A stretch of 64,000 bases of DNA from the human T2T-CHM13v2.0 reference genome, Homo sapiens. Positions 51,120-64,000 of this stretch are shown piece after piece. The DNA lies in NCBI RefSeq assembly GCF_009914755.1, contig NC_060930.1. The stretch is one strand, 5' to 3'. The notes below the pieces were generated by a model, which saw only the letters and a program-made list of their open reading frames with translations, did no database searches and was not told where the DNA came from. The position numbers were made by a program, and so were the translations under genes. Numbering within the stretch: position 1 is the first letter of the stretch; the number at the start of each line of letters is the position of its first letter.

Positions 51120-51410
51120 AGCTGAGCACAGTAGCTCACGCTTGTAATTCCAGCACTTTGGGAGGCAGAGGCAGGCAAATCACTTGAGGTCAGGAGTTTG
51201 GGACCAGCCTGGCCAACATGGTGAAAGCCTGTCTCTACTAAAAATTAGCTGGGTGTGGTGGCAGGCACCTGTAATCACAGCTACTTGGGAGGCTGAGGCA
51301 GGAGAATCACTTGAACCCAGAGGCAGAGGTTGGTTGCCGTGAGCTGAGATCACACCACTGTACTCCAGCCTGGGCAACAGAGCGAGACTCCGTCTCAAGA
51401 AAAAAAAAGA
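51120..51410 (+). mobile_element. AluS
   Basis: Dimer; TSD gagaatgtga. Confidence 0.9.
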
Positions 51411-52734
51411 GAGAGAGAGAGAATGTGATAACCTAGCTCACCTTTGAGAAGTCCTTGGGATTCGCATTGTCATTGCTTAGTCAATCTCACCTGCCTGTTT
51501 GCTTTCTTTCCTTCCTTCTTTCTGGCTTTTCTTTCTTTTCTTTCTGCTTTTAGCGCCTCCTATTTGACAATACCTATACAAGACATTGTGGGATTTCAAC
51601 AACAAAAAAGTAGTGTAATAAACTCTGTCCCAAAGGTGTGCATAGGACAAACATTCAGAAAATAATTTAAAAATTACCCCTTTCCTTTTGAAAAATGATG
51701 TGTTAATGCTTTTGGTTTCTACAACCTAGTAAAAGGGAGATTCCCAAAGGTGAATTATTGATATTTAAAATTTTTTATATACAAAAATAGCAAAAGTTCA
51801 TTTAAAAAATTTAAGCAATATAAAACTATAAAGCCCAGAGTAAAAGTGCCCCAATGCATGCACTCTAACATGGAAAAGAAGTCACAGATGTTATAATCCC
51901 CAGAACAAAGGCATGAGTAGTACTTTGCAGACACTTTCCCATGTTCATACACATATGGAACATATATGTAACAAAATGCTGCTTGAGTTCTCTCCTTTTG
52001 TCTTGAAATCTTGGCTAAATCTTCAAAGCTGAAGCCAGTCATTTCAACAAAGCCACACATTCTAAACACAGTGCCAAAGAGTTGCCCAAATCACCCTTTG
52101 GCCTTATAAAGAGTTGGCTAAGCTGGCCCTTCTACCTTGCCCCTCCACCCCATCTAGCTTCTAGAAGCAGAAGGTCAGTCTCCTGAAGGAGAAAGGGAAT
52201 CATCCAGGTAGTGAGGTGCATGCCCAGGGAAAAAGTGCTTTGGCAGAACCAGGAATGTCCCCCTCCAATCCCTCAGCCCAATCCAACCAAAAAGGGCACC
52301 AAGAGTGCCAATCATAGAGAAGGAGGGTGTCAGCACCAAAAGGAGACTGGCATCTGTGTGCAACTGCATGCTTACTCAGCTGTGGGACTTTGTGAATGAG
52401 CCTGCAATGTGTCCCTTCACATGCGAACACCTAGAAACTGGCACCTGCTTTTCACCTGGAGATTCTGAAGGCACTAATGTCCCCATCCCCCCCTGAGGGC
52501 ACTAAGGCTGACTGGAGCTGCACAGAAGAGAGAACAGCAGCAGGATAAGGCGCCACACTCACCATTCAGCATGGCAATGGTGTGTGGTCTGAGTCCCTGG
52601 TAATTAGGAAAACACAAATGTAAATAGTGAAACACCATTATCTGACAGGTTGGCAAAAATGCAAAAGATTGATAAAAATCCTGTGTTGGAAAAAGTGTGT
52701 GGAGAAAGGCACTCATACAGTACATATATGACTA

Positions 52735-53153
52735 TGTCTTGGTCTTTTTTCTGTTGCTACAACTGAATACCACAGATCAATGTGTAAAGAATAGAGGTTT
52801 ATTTAACTCACAGTTCTAGAGGCTGAGAAGTTCAAGGGCATGGCACCAGCATCTGGTGAAGGCTTTGTGCTGCCTCATAACATGGTGGAAAGTACCACAG
52901 GGCAAGAGAGGAAGCAAGAGGAAAGCAAGAAAGCCAGAGTCACTTTTTATAACAACCCACTGTGACAGTAACTAATCCAGTCCCAAGACAGCAAGAAATC
53001 ACTCACTTTCTCTAGCCAGCATTAATCCCTTCATGAGAGTGGATCCCTCATGATCCAAGGGCCTCTTAAAGGTGCCACCACCTGTCAACAGCTTTACATT
53101 GAGGACTAGCCTCAACATGAGTTTTGATGGGGACAAACCATATACAAGCCATA
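52735..53153. mobile_element. MST-type MaLR solo LTR within an L1M fragment
   Basis: ctgttgctacaactgaataccacaga..ctcacagttctagaggctgagaagttcaag..caacatgagttttgatggggacaaacc. Confidence 0.75.
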
Positions 53154-53453
53154 GCTAACTACAAATATAAATACCTTCTTTGGATGACAATTGTCAGTGG
53201 CTATCAAAATGTTAAAGACATATGCCTTTTCAGCCAACAATTCCACTTCCGGCACTCTATTTAAAAAAATAATAATCTTCCGAACTTTTTGAGAGATGAT
53301 TTCTATCCCATCAGTGTGGAGGTAGGAAGAGCAGAACTGGTGGGAGGCTTTGAACAAATTCACATAGGGAACAAAGAGAATGACTGTGAGGATGAAGAAG
53401 AGGAGAGTGACTAGAGATAGTTAACAGGTTGAATTAACAGGACTTAGAGGCTC

Positions 53454-54279
53454 TCATGGATTGAATTGTGTCCCTCAAAAATGTATATTGAATTCCTAAT
53501 CCCCAGTACCCGTGAATGTGACCTTATTTGGAAATGGGGTCTTTGCTAATGTAATCCAGTTAAGATGAGGTCATATTCACACATTAGGGGGGTCCTAGTC
53601 CAATATGACTGATGCCTTTATAAAAAGAGAAGGGACACAGACATACAAGGAGAATGTCACATGATGATGGAGGTAGAGAAAGAAGCAATGCCTCTACAAG
53701 CCAAGGAATGTCAAGGATTGCCAGGATTACCAGAAAGGCATAGAACGGATTCTCCCCTGCAACCTTCAGGAAGAGCACGACCTTGCTGACAACTTGGTTT
53801 TGGACTTCTAGACTCCAGAATTATGAGAGCACACATTTCTGTCATTTCTGTTGTTTTCAGCCACCCAGTTTGTGGCACAGTGCTCCTCTTTATCCACTGT
53901 TTCACGTTCCACAGTTTTAGTTATGTGTGGTCAACTACAGTTTGAAAATATTAAATGGAAAACTCCAGAAGTAAACAATTCATAGTTTTCAATTGTGCAC
54001 CATTCTGAGTAGTGTGATATGATCTCACACTGTCCACTCCATCCCACCGGGACATGAATCATCCCTTTGTCCAGCGGATCCATGCTGTAGACACTGACCA
54101 CCTGCAAATCACTTAGGAGCTGGCTCCGTTATCAGATTAAAAAAAAAAAAAGGCCACAGTATATATAGGGTTTGGTACTATCAGTGACTTCAGGCATCCA
54201 ATGAAGTCTCAGAACATATCCCCCGCAGATAAGGGGGAACTACTGTATTCTGTTACAGCAGCCCTGGGAAATGAATAGA
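53454..54279. mobile_element. MLT1C/D LTR split by Tigger4
   Basis: tgaattgtgtccctcaaaa..gaatgtgaccttatttggaaat..ttttggacttctagactccagaa..tgttacagcagccctgggaaa. Confidence 0.82.
53878..54245. mobile_element. Tigger4/Zombi-type DNA transposon
   Basis: TIRs cagtgctcctctttatcc/agataagggggaactactg followed by TA; aaaatattaaatggaaaactccagaagtaaacaattcata. Confidence 0.78.
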
Positions 54280-56905
54280 GGCCAACTGGCAAAAGTGGCC
54301 AGGAACAGAGAAATCAAAGATGACTTCAGATGAGTCTGGCTTGGGCCACTGTGTCCACACTAGTCCCGTGAACTATGCTGATAGATGTAGAAAACATAGA
54401 ATGGGGAGCAGCTGGGTTGGGGCAGGACGTGAGTAAGGAATTTAATGTCTGATGTGGTAGGTCATGGCCCAGGGTCCACCTGTGTGGACATGTCCAGTCA
54501 GCTAAGCTGAGCAGAGAGGACAAGATAGCCTGGACTATGGGGAATGGGTCTAAAGAGATGTCAAATTCAGTTTGAAATGTGTTAGCATTCAGATTGGAAA
54601 ACCTTCACCTTCATTCTCTCTAAGATGAGAGAGACCTTACTCCATGGCAGAGAAATGCACCTCTCAGCAGAAACGCACCCAGAACAAGCATGGTGAGTTC
54701 TGGGATCTAGGTCCCTTTCCTGCTGAACAAGGATCCCCATCCTCACTGACTCTTTAGAGCTAGTGTGGGTCCACTCTGGCCTCTGGGCTTCCCCGTGAGC
54801 TGGACAGCACAGCTCCTCAGAGCGTTGTGGAGACATCCTAAGAGTAGAGCCGTGAGGCAGGGTCTCGGGGGACCTGCCTCTAACTTGGGGTGTGGTCTGG
54901 CCTGGGCACTTAACGACTCAGAGCCTCTCCCTGGAAACCACTCACTGGGAAGTAACAGTGGAGCGATGCATAAAGGAAGGTGAGAACCAAAGTAACCCCA
55001 TAGTTAGTTCAAGCATTTTCTTTTACAGAGGAGCAATATCAGACATGCAGAAGTTAAGTGGTGTATTCAAGGTCACAGACAAATGGGTTTTGAAGCTGGA
55101 ATTGAAAAGTGCTCTTTTCATTAAAGCATTTCTAAGGTCTCTTTCAGTTTTTAAATCCTCTGGTTATAAAAGCAATTTATAAATTTATAAATAGAATGGG
55201 GTGCTAGAAGTTTCTAAATACCACCAGACACCAAAAACTGCTGTTTAAAGAGAGGAACTAATTGGAATTCATCACAATTCAGAGGCCACACATTAATTCT
55301 GTGCACTGGAGCAAGACCTGTATGGCAGATCATTTGAATGCAGGAGGTCAGTCAGATAGATTGCTTCTTTAGACCTTCAAGAACATTCAAGAACACTGTC
55401 AAAACCTTTCTATTACAAACATTTTCATGTTGGAGTTTCAATAATGTTCCCTGCTATACAGAAATGGGGCGGCTTGAAAACTTGCCCCTGCATGCCCCCA
55501 TCCCAACTCAAAAAGGAAAACAAATGTGGTTGCAGCAGCTTTGCCCTAAAGTCAATATCCAGACAGAAATTGTGAAAAATAGCAACCAGTCGCTTCCCCA
55601 GGTGATCTGTTCATTTAAAATGAGCTTCCCTCAGGCCACATGGAGGTAGGCTCCAGGGTCTGAGCTAGACTTTGAATGTGTCTGACAAATGAAGAGAGAG
55701 AACTAGAGAGGTGTTCCCCTGCCACCAGCCACATCCAGATGTAATCACAGACCAAGGCTGGCTGCTGCTGGAAGCTGAGCCTTCCCAGGCAGAGAAGAAA
55801 GCAGCGACTCCTACCCTCCACCCACCCACCCATCCTAACTCCTCTTTCTCTTTTCTGTCTTGGACCATCCAGATTTCCCCCGAGCTTCCTTTCTCTTTTG
55901 TCTTCAATCTTACTCTCCCCTCTCTGCTCCTCTTTCTATCGCTTTCATATCTTCCTCTTGACCATGTCTCTTCTCCCTAATACCCAACCCCAACTCTGGT
56001 CTGTCTATTCCTGGACAGACAGAAATGAAGTCACTTTCAACCAATAAATATCAATAATTCCAATGCCATGAAAAGGCTAGTCGTATGGTAATGAGTAGAA
56101 CCAATCCTCTCCTCCCAATAGGGTGCAGTGACTCCAAATGGTCATGGGCTGGCCATCATGGAATCATCAGCCCCAGGAGGATACACCAAGCTCCATAAGG
56201 CAGTGCCATCTTGGTTCTCAGGTTCTCTGAATGGCCAAACATCAAAATCACCAGAATGGAAAATTGAGCATGTATAGGAAGCTCTCCTTCCACTCCCAAC
56301 ATAAAGAATGGGTAGAAATATACGAGTGTGTGTGTGTGTGTGTGTGTACGCTAAATGCCACTAAACTGTACAATTGTTAAAATGGTAAATGTCATGTATA
56401 TTTTACTACGATAAAAATAACGAGGACAGCCAGAGTCAATCAGTGCCAAGATAGGGAGAATATGAGGTTATAGTCATTGGAAAGAGAGGCCACCTGAGGG
56501 TGTGCGTGTGGACAGAGATAGAGATAGATAAAAGTTATGTAACATAGTCAAATTCAAAAGCAAGAAATGAAAATTTGAGAATAGGACCTTTAAGGACACA
56601 AGAGTGAGAAGGTGTTAAAGCCAGGTAGCCCTCAGTGAGTTAAGAGGAAATACGTATTTCAGAACTAGGGTTGAAGCCCCAAGCACCTGCTCAGCAGGTG
56701 TTGGAACTGTATTCTACGCATTAACAGTGAAAAAGCCAAATGCTATCACTGAAGGATGACCAGAAAACTCTACCCAAAGGTTATAAACATACTAGCATTT
56801 CTTCCAATAACTCTAGAGGCTGATCAAACCATAGCTCTAACAATGGTCCCTCTCTGAAGACTTTTATCTAGGCAGAAATCAGGACCAGAAGAATCTTTGC
56901 AATTT

Positions 56906-57265
<360 letters not shown>

Positions 57266-58023
57266 TTAGCAAATAAGCAGTTAGCATAGAAATAGACCTT
57301 TGGTTTGCAAAGCTGAAACTTTGGAATTTTGCCTGGAACCAATCATTACTTTATTTGCCCAAATCCTGTACCAGTCATAGGTCATATGCATCCAACAGGC
57401 ACCCCTTATTGGGTTTTTATGGATGTTCATTAACAGCTCCATTGTTGGCCAGGCCATTTAGAGACACTCAGCTGGAAACACCAGCTGCTTCACCAAAGTT
57501 ATGAATACGGCTAGGCCTTCCACCGAGGGTTGTAAAGCCTTAATGGAGTGGCAGCACAGTAGGGCAATTCAGGCCAATTTAGATTTTGTAGCATGTGCAT
57601 AAATGACTGTTTCCTGTCCTGCTCTGATTTTTCTGTTTGAACCCTTTCCATCCACGTGGGATAGTCACCTCCAGAATACTAACCTAAGGAAGGTGGTCTC
57701 CACTTATCCAGGCTACTGACATATGGATTTACAAAGAGTTTTTCCATTCCCTCAGACGCTAATGCCTTCCCTTTGTACCGAATGCTTAACATTTACCAAA
57801 TACTTTCACGGTACCATCCAGTTCCTATGAAGTAGGTAATAGGGCCGGTGTTATTATCCTTGAGATAAAGAGGTCCAGGGAGGTTTTGGGACTTGCCGAA
57901 AGATGCACAGAAAAGCTGGAGCTTGCAGGTGTCCAGTCCACTCTACCAGGTGTCCAGGTGGCCTTTTCTTCCAATGACCATGACCTTCCATTCTCCTTGT
58001 CTTGACATTGATTAATTCTGGCT

Positions 58024-59958
58024 CTTTATTTTTGTTGTGGTAAAATATACGTAACATAAAATGTACAATTTTTAAGTGTACAGTTCAGTGGCATTAAATA
58101 TACTCACACTGTTGATTCATCCTTGTGCACCATAGGCAGCACAGGCATCAAGATGTCCAACCGAGTGGTCCGCTGGGAAGCCAGCCACTCTGGGAACTGG
58201 TACACAGCCTCAGGACCACAGCTGAATGCACAGCTAGAAGGTTGGCTTTCACAAGTAAAGTCTACAAAAAGACCTGCTAGAGCCATTATTGCACCCCATG
58301 CAGGATATACGTACTGTGGGTCTTGTGCCACCCATGCTTATAAACAAGTGGATCCGTCTATTACCCAGGGAATTTTCATCCTTGGGCCTTCTCATCATGT
58401 GTCCCTCTCTCAGTGTGCACTTTCCAGTGTGGATATATATAGGACACCTCTGCATGACCTTCGTATTGACCAAAAGATTTACAGAGAACTGTGGAAGACA
58501 GGAATGTTTGAACGCATGTCTCTGCAGACAAAGATGAACACGGTATTGAAATGCATTTGCCTTGTACAGCTAAAGCCATGGAAATCCATAAGGATGAGTT
58601 TACCATTATTCCTGTACTGGTTGGAGCTCTGAGTGAGTCAAAAGAACAGGAATTCGGAAAACTCTTCAGTAAATATCTAGCAGATCCTAGTAATTTCTTT
58701 GTGGTTTCTTCTGATTTTTGCCATTGGGGTCAAAGATTCCGTTACAGTTACTATGATGAATCCCAGGGGGAGACTTATAGATCCATTGAACATCTAGATA
58801 AAATGGGTATGAGTATTATAGAACAATTAGACCCTGTATCTTTTAGCAATTACTTGAGGAAACACCATAATACTATATGTGGAAGACATCCCTTTAGGGT
58901 GTTAAATGCTATCACAGAGCTCCAGAAGAATGGAAGAATATGAGCTTTTCCTTTTTGAATTATGCCCAGTCAAGCCAGTGTAGAAACTGGCAAGACAGTT
59001 CAGTGAGTTACACAACTGGAGCGCTCACGGTCCGCTGAAGCTCTGAATCCTCAGGGAGGCCACCTGCACATTCTCATACTCTGTCCAGGGTCCCAGCCTA
59101 GCCTTTACCAAGATACTGGTCCTAGTTTGGGGTGATTCTGAAATCTCAAACTAATAGAACTTTCTTCTCTTTTTTCCTAGTAGGCGTAGTCCTTCCTTAA
59201 TTTCAACTCATTAAAAAGTGCTTTATAGTTTAGGGCAGTGGAAGGAAGGCTGGCATCAAAATATTTTGATCAAAAAAGATAACAATGTAAAGGCTCAGTT
59301 GTGGCAGACAGCTTTTTGAAAGTAACTTGAAAAGCATTTACCGTATCCTAAATTTGCACTCTTTGCAGACTTGTGCACATATATTCCGCTTTCAGAATAG
59401 TTTTGCAAATTGTACATAAACAAACAAAAAGGTAGAAGCTTTTCAATAAAGAAATTGCATTTATAAATGATCTGTATTATAATAAATCTCCAGTTATAGT
59501 CAATTACTACCCATGTTGTACAACAGATACCTTCTATTTTAGTTGCTAACAAACGGCTACACAATACAACGTAAATAAATTAATTAATTAATTCACATTG
59601 TTATGCAACCATTATCATCAACCATCTCCAGAACTTTCTCCTCATCCCAAACTGAAACTCTGTTCCTATTAAACAGTAACTTCCCATTCCCCTCTTCCCC
59701 TAGCTCTGGGAACCACAATTCTACTTTCTATTCTCTGAATTTGACTACTCTGGGAACTTCATATAAGTAGAATCATATAGTATTGGTTCTGTTTCTGGCT
59801 TTTTTCACTTGGCATAATGTTTGTGTAGTGTGTGTCAGAATCCATATTGTAGGATCATCCATATTGTAGCGTGTGTCAGAATTTCAATTCTTTTTAAGGC
59901 TGAATAATATCCTATTTCATCTCTATATACAACCTTTTGTTCATCCATTCATTCATTG
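58024..59958 (-). mobile_element. L1M 3' end split by the MEMO1 retrocopy
   Basis: tgtggtaaaatatacgtaacataaaa..aagtgtacagttcagtggcattaa before the insertion; atgcaaccatt..ccatctccagaacttt..cccaaactgaaactctg..tttttaaggctgaataatat after it. Confidence 0.85.
58114..59590 (+). pseudogene. MEMO1P: Processed pseudogene (retrocopy) of MEMO1
   Basis: ATG at 58153 gives [45 protein letters not shown]..; downstream frames give [20 protein letters not shown] and NYAQSSQCRNWQDSSVSY, with the ancestral stop TGA at 59036-59038. Intronless. Frameshifts near 58530 (about 4-nt deletion) and 58936 (1-nt deletion). 3'UTR, decayed A-rich tail, TSD actcacactgtt (58102-58113)/attcacattgtt (59591-59602). The paralog number cannot be assigned from sequence alone. 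Confidence 0.96.
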
Positions 59959-60001
59959 AATAGGAGTGCCCTGCACTCCTATTTCCTCTTTTAGGGAATA
60001 G

Positions 60002-60347
<346 letters not shown>

Positions 60348-60745
60348 TTATCTTCCCCATTGGGTAAAGTCTGGTGGAAGTATTAAGATTTTCTGGGCGG
60401 AAAACAACTCAAACAGCTGCTTTCTCTTAGAACCTGAAACCCAAGCAAACTGATAAATAGAATAAAAATGAAATAGGCTTTTAGAAAATATATACACAGC
60501 TCTACCCAGGCAAGGCTGAATCGTAGTTTTGGCTACATAGAGATGTTCCCATTCTAATTCACTTCCAAGCCTGGCTTTCCACCCTTCCCTTGGATTATGC
60601 AATTTACACCATGGCCAATGTTAGATTCTGCTGCTGGAAACCAAAGAATTCTCACATTCATCAAAACTAAATAAGGGGTACCCCACTCTACAGCCTCCAT
60701 TCTAGCTATGGGCATGACTTATTTCCTCCTTAAAGAATGCATCTA

Positions 60746-61067
<322 letters not shown>

Positions 61068-61431
61068 TTATTTTTGTATCAACTTACATAGATTTGTGGG
61101 GACAAGATGCAGAATGCAGAATGTAGGGGGTAAGGAGAGGGGAAAACAGGATAGAACTGTGGTATCCTCTATTTGTCCTGTAGATGAACTCGAATTTCCT
61201 TTAAAAACCTATTTAGATTCACCTTTGCTTATTTTTATGTCAAATCTGGGCCAAAGATATAAGGACATAGCTATCAGTATTTCCAGGCTTTACAATTCCT
61301 TCCAGTCTGGTCTCCTCAGATCTTTGAAATGCGTTTCTAGGTCTATTTCCCTAAGTGTTCTACAATACCAAATACGATCAGTAATGCTCCTGCTTTCTCC
61401 TACAAAAAAAGAATTCTATTTCCCTCAAAAT

Positions 61432-61690
61432 ATTCATTCAATCAGTCAACAAATATTAACTGAACACTTAAAATATACCAGGCACTGGGCTAAGTCTATG
61501 GACACAGCAACAAAAGGACAGACATGCCCTCTATCCTCAGGAAATGTGCCTTTCAGTGGGAGAGGTCGGTAGTAATTAAATGATAGGGCAAAAATATGTA
61601 AAATTCCAACTCAGCTAGCTGAGAACTTTGCAGCAGGATGCCACCTGGTCAGGGATGCAGAAAAGGCTTCCCCAGAAAAGGGTTACTGAA
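61432..61690 (-). mobile_element. L2a 3' end
   Basis: attcattcaatcagtcaacaaatattaactgaacactta..ccaggcactgggctaag..gccctctatcctcagga. Confidence 0.72.
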
Positions 61691-61697
61691 ATTAGGT

Positions 61698-62007
61698 TTT
61701 TTGTGTTGTTTTGCTTTGAGAAGGAGTTTCGCTCTTGTTGCCCAGGCTGGAGTACAATAGCGTGATCTCGGCTCACCACAACCTCTGCCCCCCACAACCC
61801 CTGGTTCAAGCAATTCTCCTGCCTCAGCCTCCCTAGTAGCTGGGGTTACAGGCATGCACCACCACACCCAGCTAATTTTGTATTTTTCGTAGAGACAGGG
61901 TTTCTCCTTATTGGTAAGGCTGGTCTCAAACTCCCAACCTCAGGTGATCCACCCGCCTCAGCCTCCCCAAGTGCTGGGATTACAGGCATGAGCCACGGCG
62001 CCCGGCC
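61698..62007 (-). mobile_element. AluSp-like
   Basis: Full dimer; TSD tgaaattaggttttt/tgaaatgagttttt. Confidence 0.92.
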
Positions 62008-62033
62008 TGAAATGAGTTTTTAAAGCTTAGTAT

Positions 62034-62170
62034 GGCTGGGTGCAGTGGGTCACATCTGTAATCCCAGCACTTTGGGAGGCCAAGGCCAGTGAATTGCTTG
62101 ACCCCAGAAGTTCAAGACCAGCCTGAGCAACATGGCAAGACCCCATCTCTAAATAATAATAATAATAAAA
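62034..62170 (+). mobile_element. FLAM-type Alu monomer
   Basis: Left monomer with (AAT)n tail. Confidence 0.85.
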
Positions 62171-64000
62171 GACCAGTAGACTAAGCAGGGGTTACAGAGG
62201 CCTAGAGGAGGAAGAAAGGGCTTTTGCAGAAAAACAGACAGCCAAGGCAAAAGTTCTATGCTTGAAGACACCCTAGCACCTCTGTCTTATAAAATTTCTA
62301 TGGAAAAACCTCCATTCTTATGTGACCTGAGTTTTCACATGAATTTTCTTTCTGAAATTGCTTTAATATGCCATACCTAATGTTGAACTCACAACAGCCC
62401 TGTTAGACCAAGAATTATCAGGTTTAGGCAAGGTCCCAGCATCTGTAGCTCATTTTTGCCCCACCTCTTTCGCTTCCTCTGCACACACATCATCCACTTG
62501 GCCTTCACCTCTAGGTTCAGCCCAGCTGAGCCTTCCTGGGCTGAGAAAGGAGCGATTCAAGGACTCCAGGTTCAAGTTGATGTGGTAACTAGCTTATCCC
62601 TGACACGGTGCCTCAGTTCTGATAATAGGTCACTAAGATAAGACTCTCTAAGTTCCCTGAAAACGTAGTAAAAACTCCCTGTCTGGATAACCCTGCCGGT
62701 GCTCCCATCACTGTCTAGCACTGGGGTTCTGCCTGGCTTTTTTCCTATCTCCCTGCTGGGAATCAGAGTCCCACCCCTGAATTCCAGCAGAGCCCTGCTG
62801 TCTAAAACCAGATTTCCTGATGCCGCACTCTGCTTGCCAGAATTTGGGAACCTCTTCTGCTTCCCACTGTAATGCCCTGGCCCTGTTAGGACAGGAGGTG
62901 CCTTTCTGCTTCCCCCTGCTTGCAGCAACCACCCCGCCTCGTGGTCATTGCCATAGTCATGCTCTCAATTCCTGTCAGAACTCTGCTGGGGATCCTGCCC
63001 TTCAGCACTTGCCTCAGTCCTTTGGGAACATCAGATGCAGGGTCCTGCCCCCTTACTAGTCTCCTACAACTAACCAGGCCATAGCCCAGTCGCACCACCA
63101 GGCCCCAGCCTGAAACACAGCAGAGCCACCTCTCCTAAACCTCTGGTCTAGGACTCTTTCACACTCCATCCAAGTAAATAAAACTAGCTCTGCAAACTGG
63201 GATTTGTGAGCTCAGATTCAGATGTCAAAAATAATTCATGATTAGAGAAGGATTTTATTTTCATTGTACTGAAAATAAAGGAGTGTCATTGTACTCAGTG
63301 TATTTCCTTGGCTTCATTGCAGAATGCTATTTTGATCAGCCATCTTCAGCCTGATGAAACTCATACTGTCTACAGAGGGACAGAGACCATGAGCCATAGA
63401 CCGAGGGGCCAAGGGCTATGATGATTAGGTCAGGATATACAAAGAGATCTCACCCACTTCCCCTCCCTGAAGTCAGCCAGGATTTCTGCGGGGACAGGCT
63501 GCAGAGAGCCACGGAGTTTCTCTGCTCAACTCTCAGCAGCATCATGCTCCCAGCCCAGGGCTTTCCCACACCAGGGCACTCAAGGCAGTAGAAAAGTAAA
63601 AAACATCAATTCTTTTCAGTATTGAGCAGCCCCATATAAGGAAACACTTAGCTGAAAAGGAGCCTATATTTGCCCAGCTATCTTAGCAATCACTGTACCT
63701 AGGAGGGCATTTCAGCATGAGTTAGCTCACATGCCATGTCAACAGTAACAACCAGCCGGGCTGGACTTTTTTTTGTCCTGTTTCTGATCTTCGGCACAAT
63801 TTGAAAAGAAGATAAGATGGGTGTCTCCCAACATGTCCCCATTCCCTGCCACTCAACCAGAACAAAACCACTCAGCCATTTCCTTGAAAACTGCACAGGT
63901 TGCAGAAAGGCCAAGCTAGGAAAATGTGCCAGGGAACATTAGTCGTCATACCACCTCACATGATGTCTCGGGATCTGTAACCTAATACAGATCCCTATAA

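Noticed and set aside
61096-61572. 158-aa ORF
   Set aside because: Non-ATG start, runs into an L2 relic, no recognisable domain

Overview
Human-type (primate) intergenic or intronic DNA. An essentially consensus AluYb8 at 32007-32321 points to Homo sapiens. I found no intact protein-coding gene, RNA gene, CpG island or CRISPR array, and nearly all ORF-track entries are Alu, L1 or LTR translation artefacts. The window is a stack of about 45 Alu elements or monomers, L1 3' ends, L2/MIR relics, MaLR/ERVL LTRs and hAT/Tigger DNA transposons. Two features stand out. One is a two-LTR, internally deleted HERV-S (HERVL18/LTR18) provirus on the minus strand (31686-35928) with a tRNA-Ser PBS, a PPT and gag/pro/RT/RNaseH remnants. 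The other is a processed, frameshifted MEMO1 pseudogene (58114-59590) inserted into an old L1. Smaller points worth checking are several apparent template-switch hairpins, a 137-bp dispersed duplication, same-site serial Alu insertion, close inverted Alu pairs carrying deletions, and candidate bZIP/GATA motif clusters. I do not see evidence for a new gene-based biological system. Repeat family names are from memory of consensus sequences and need RepeatMasker/Dfam confirmation.
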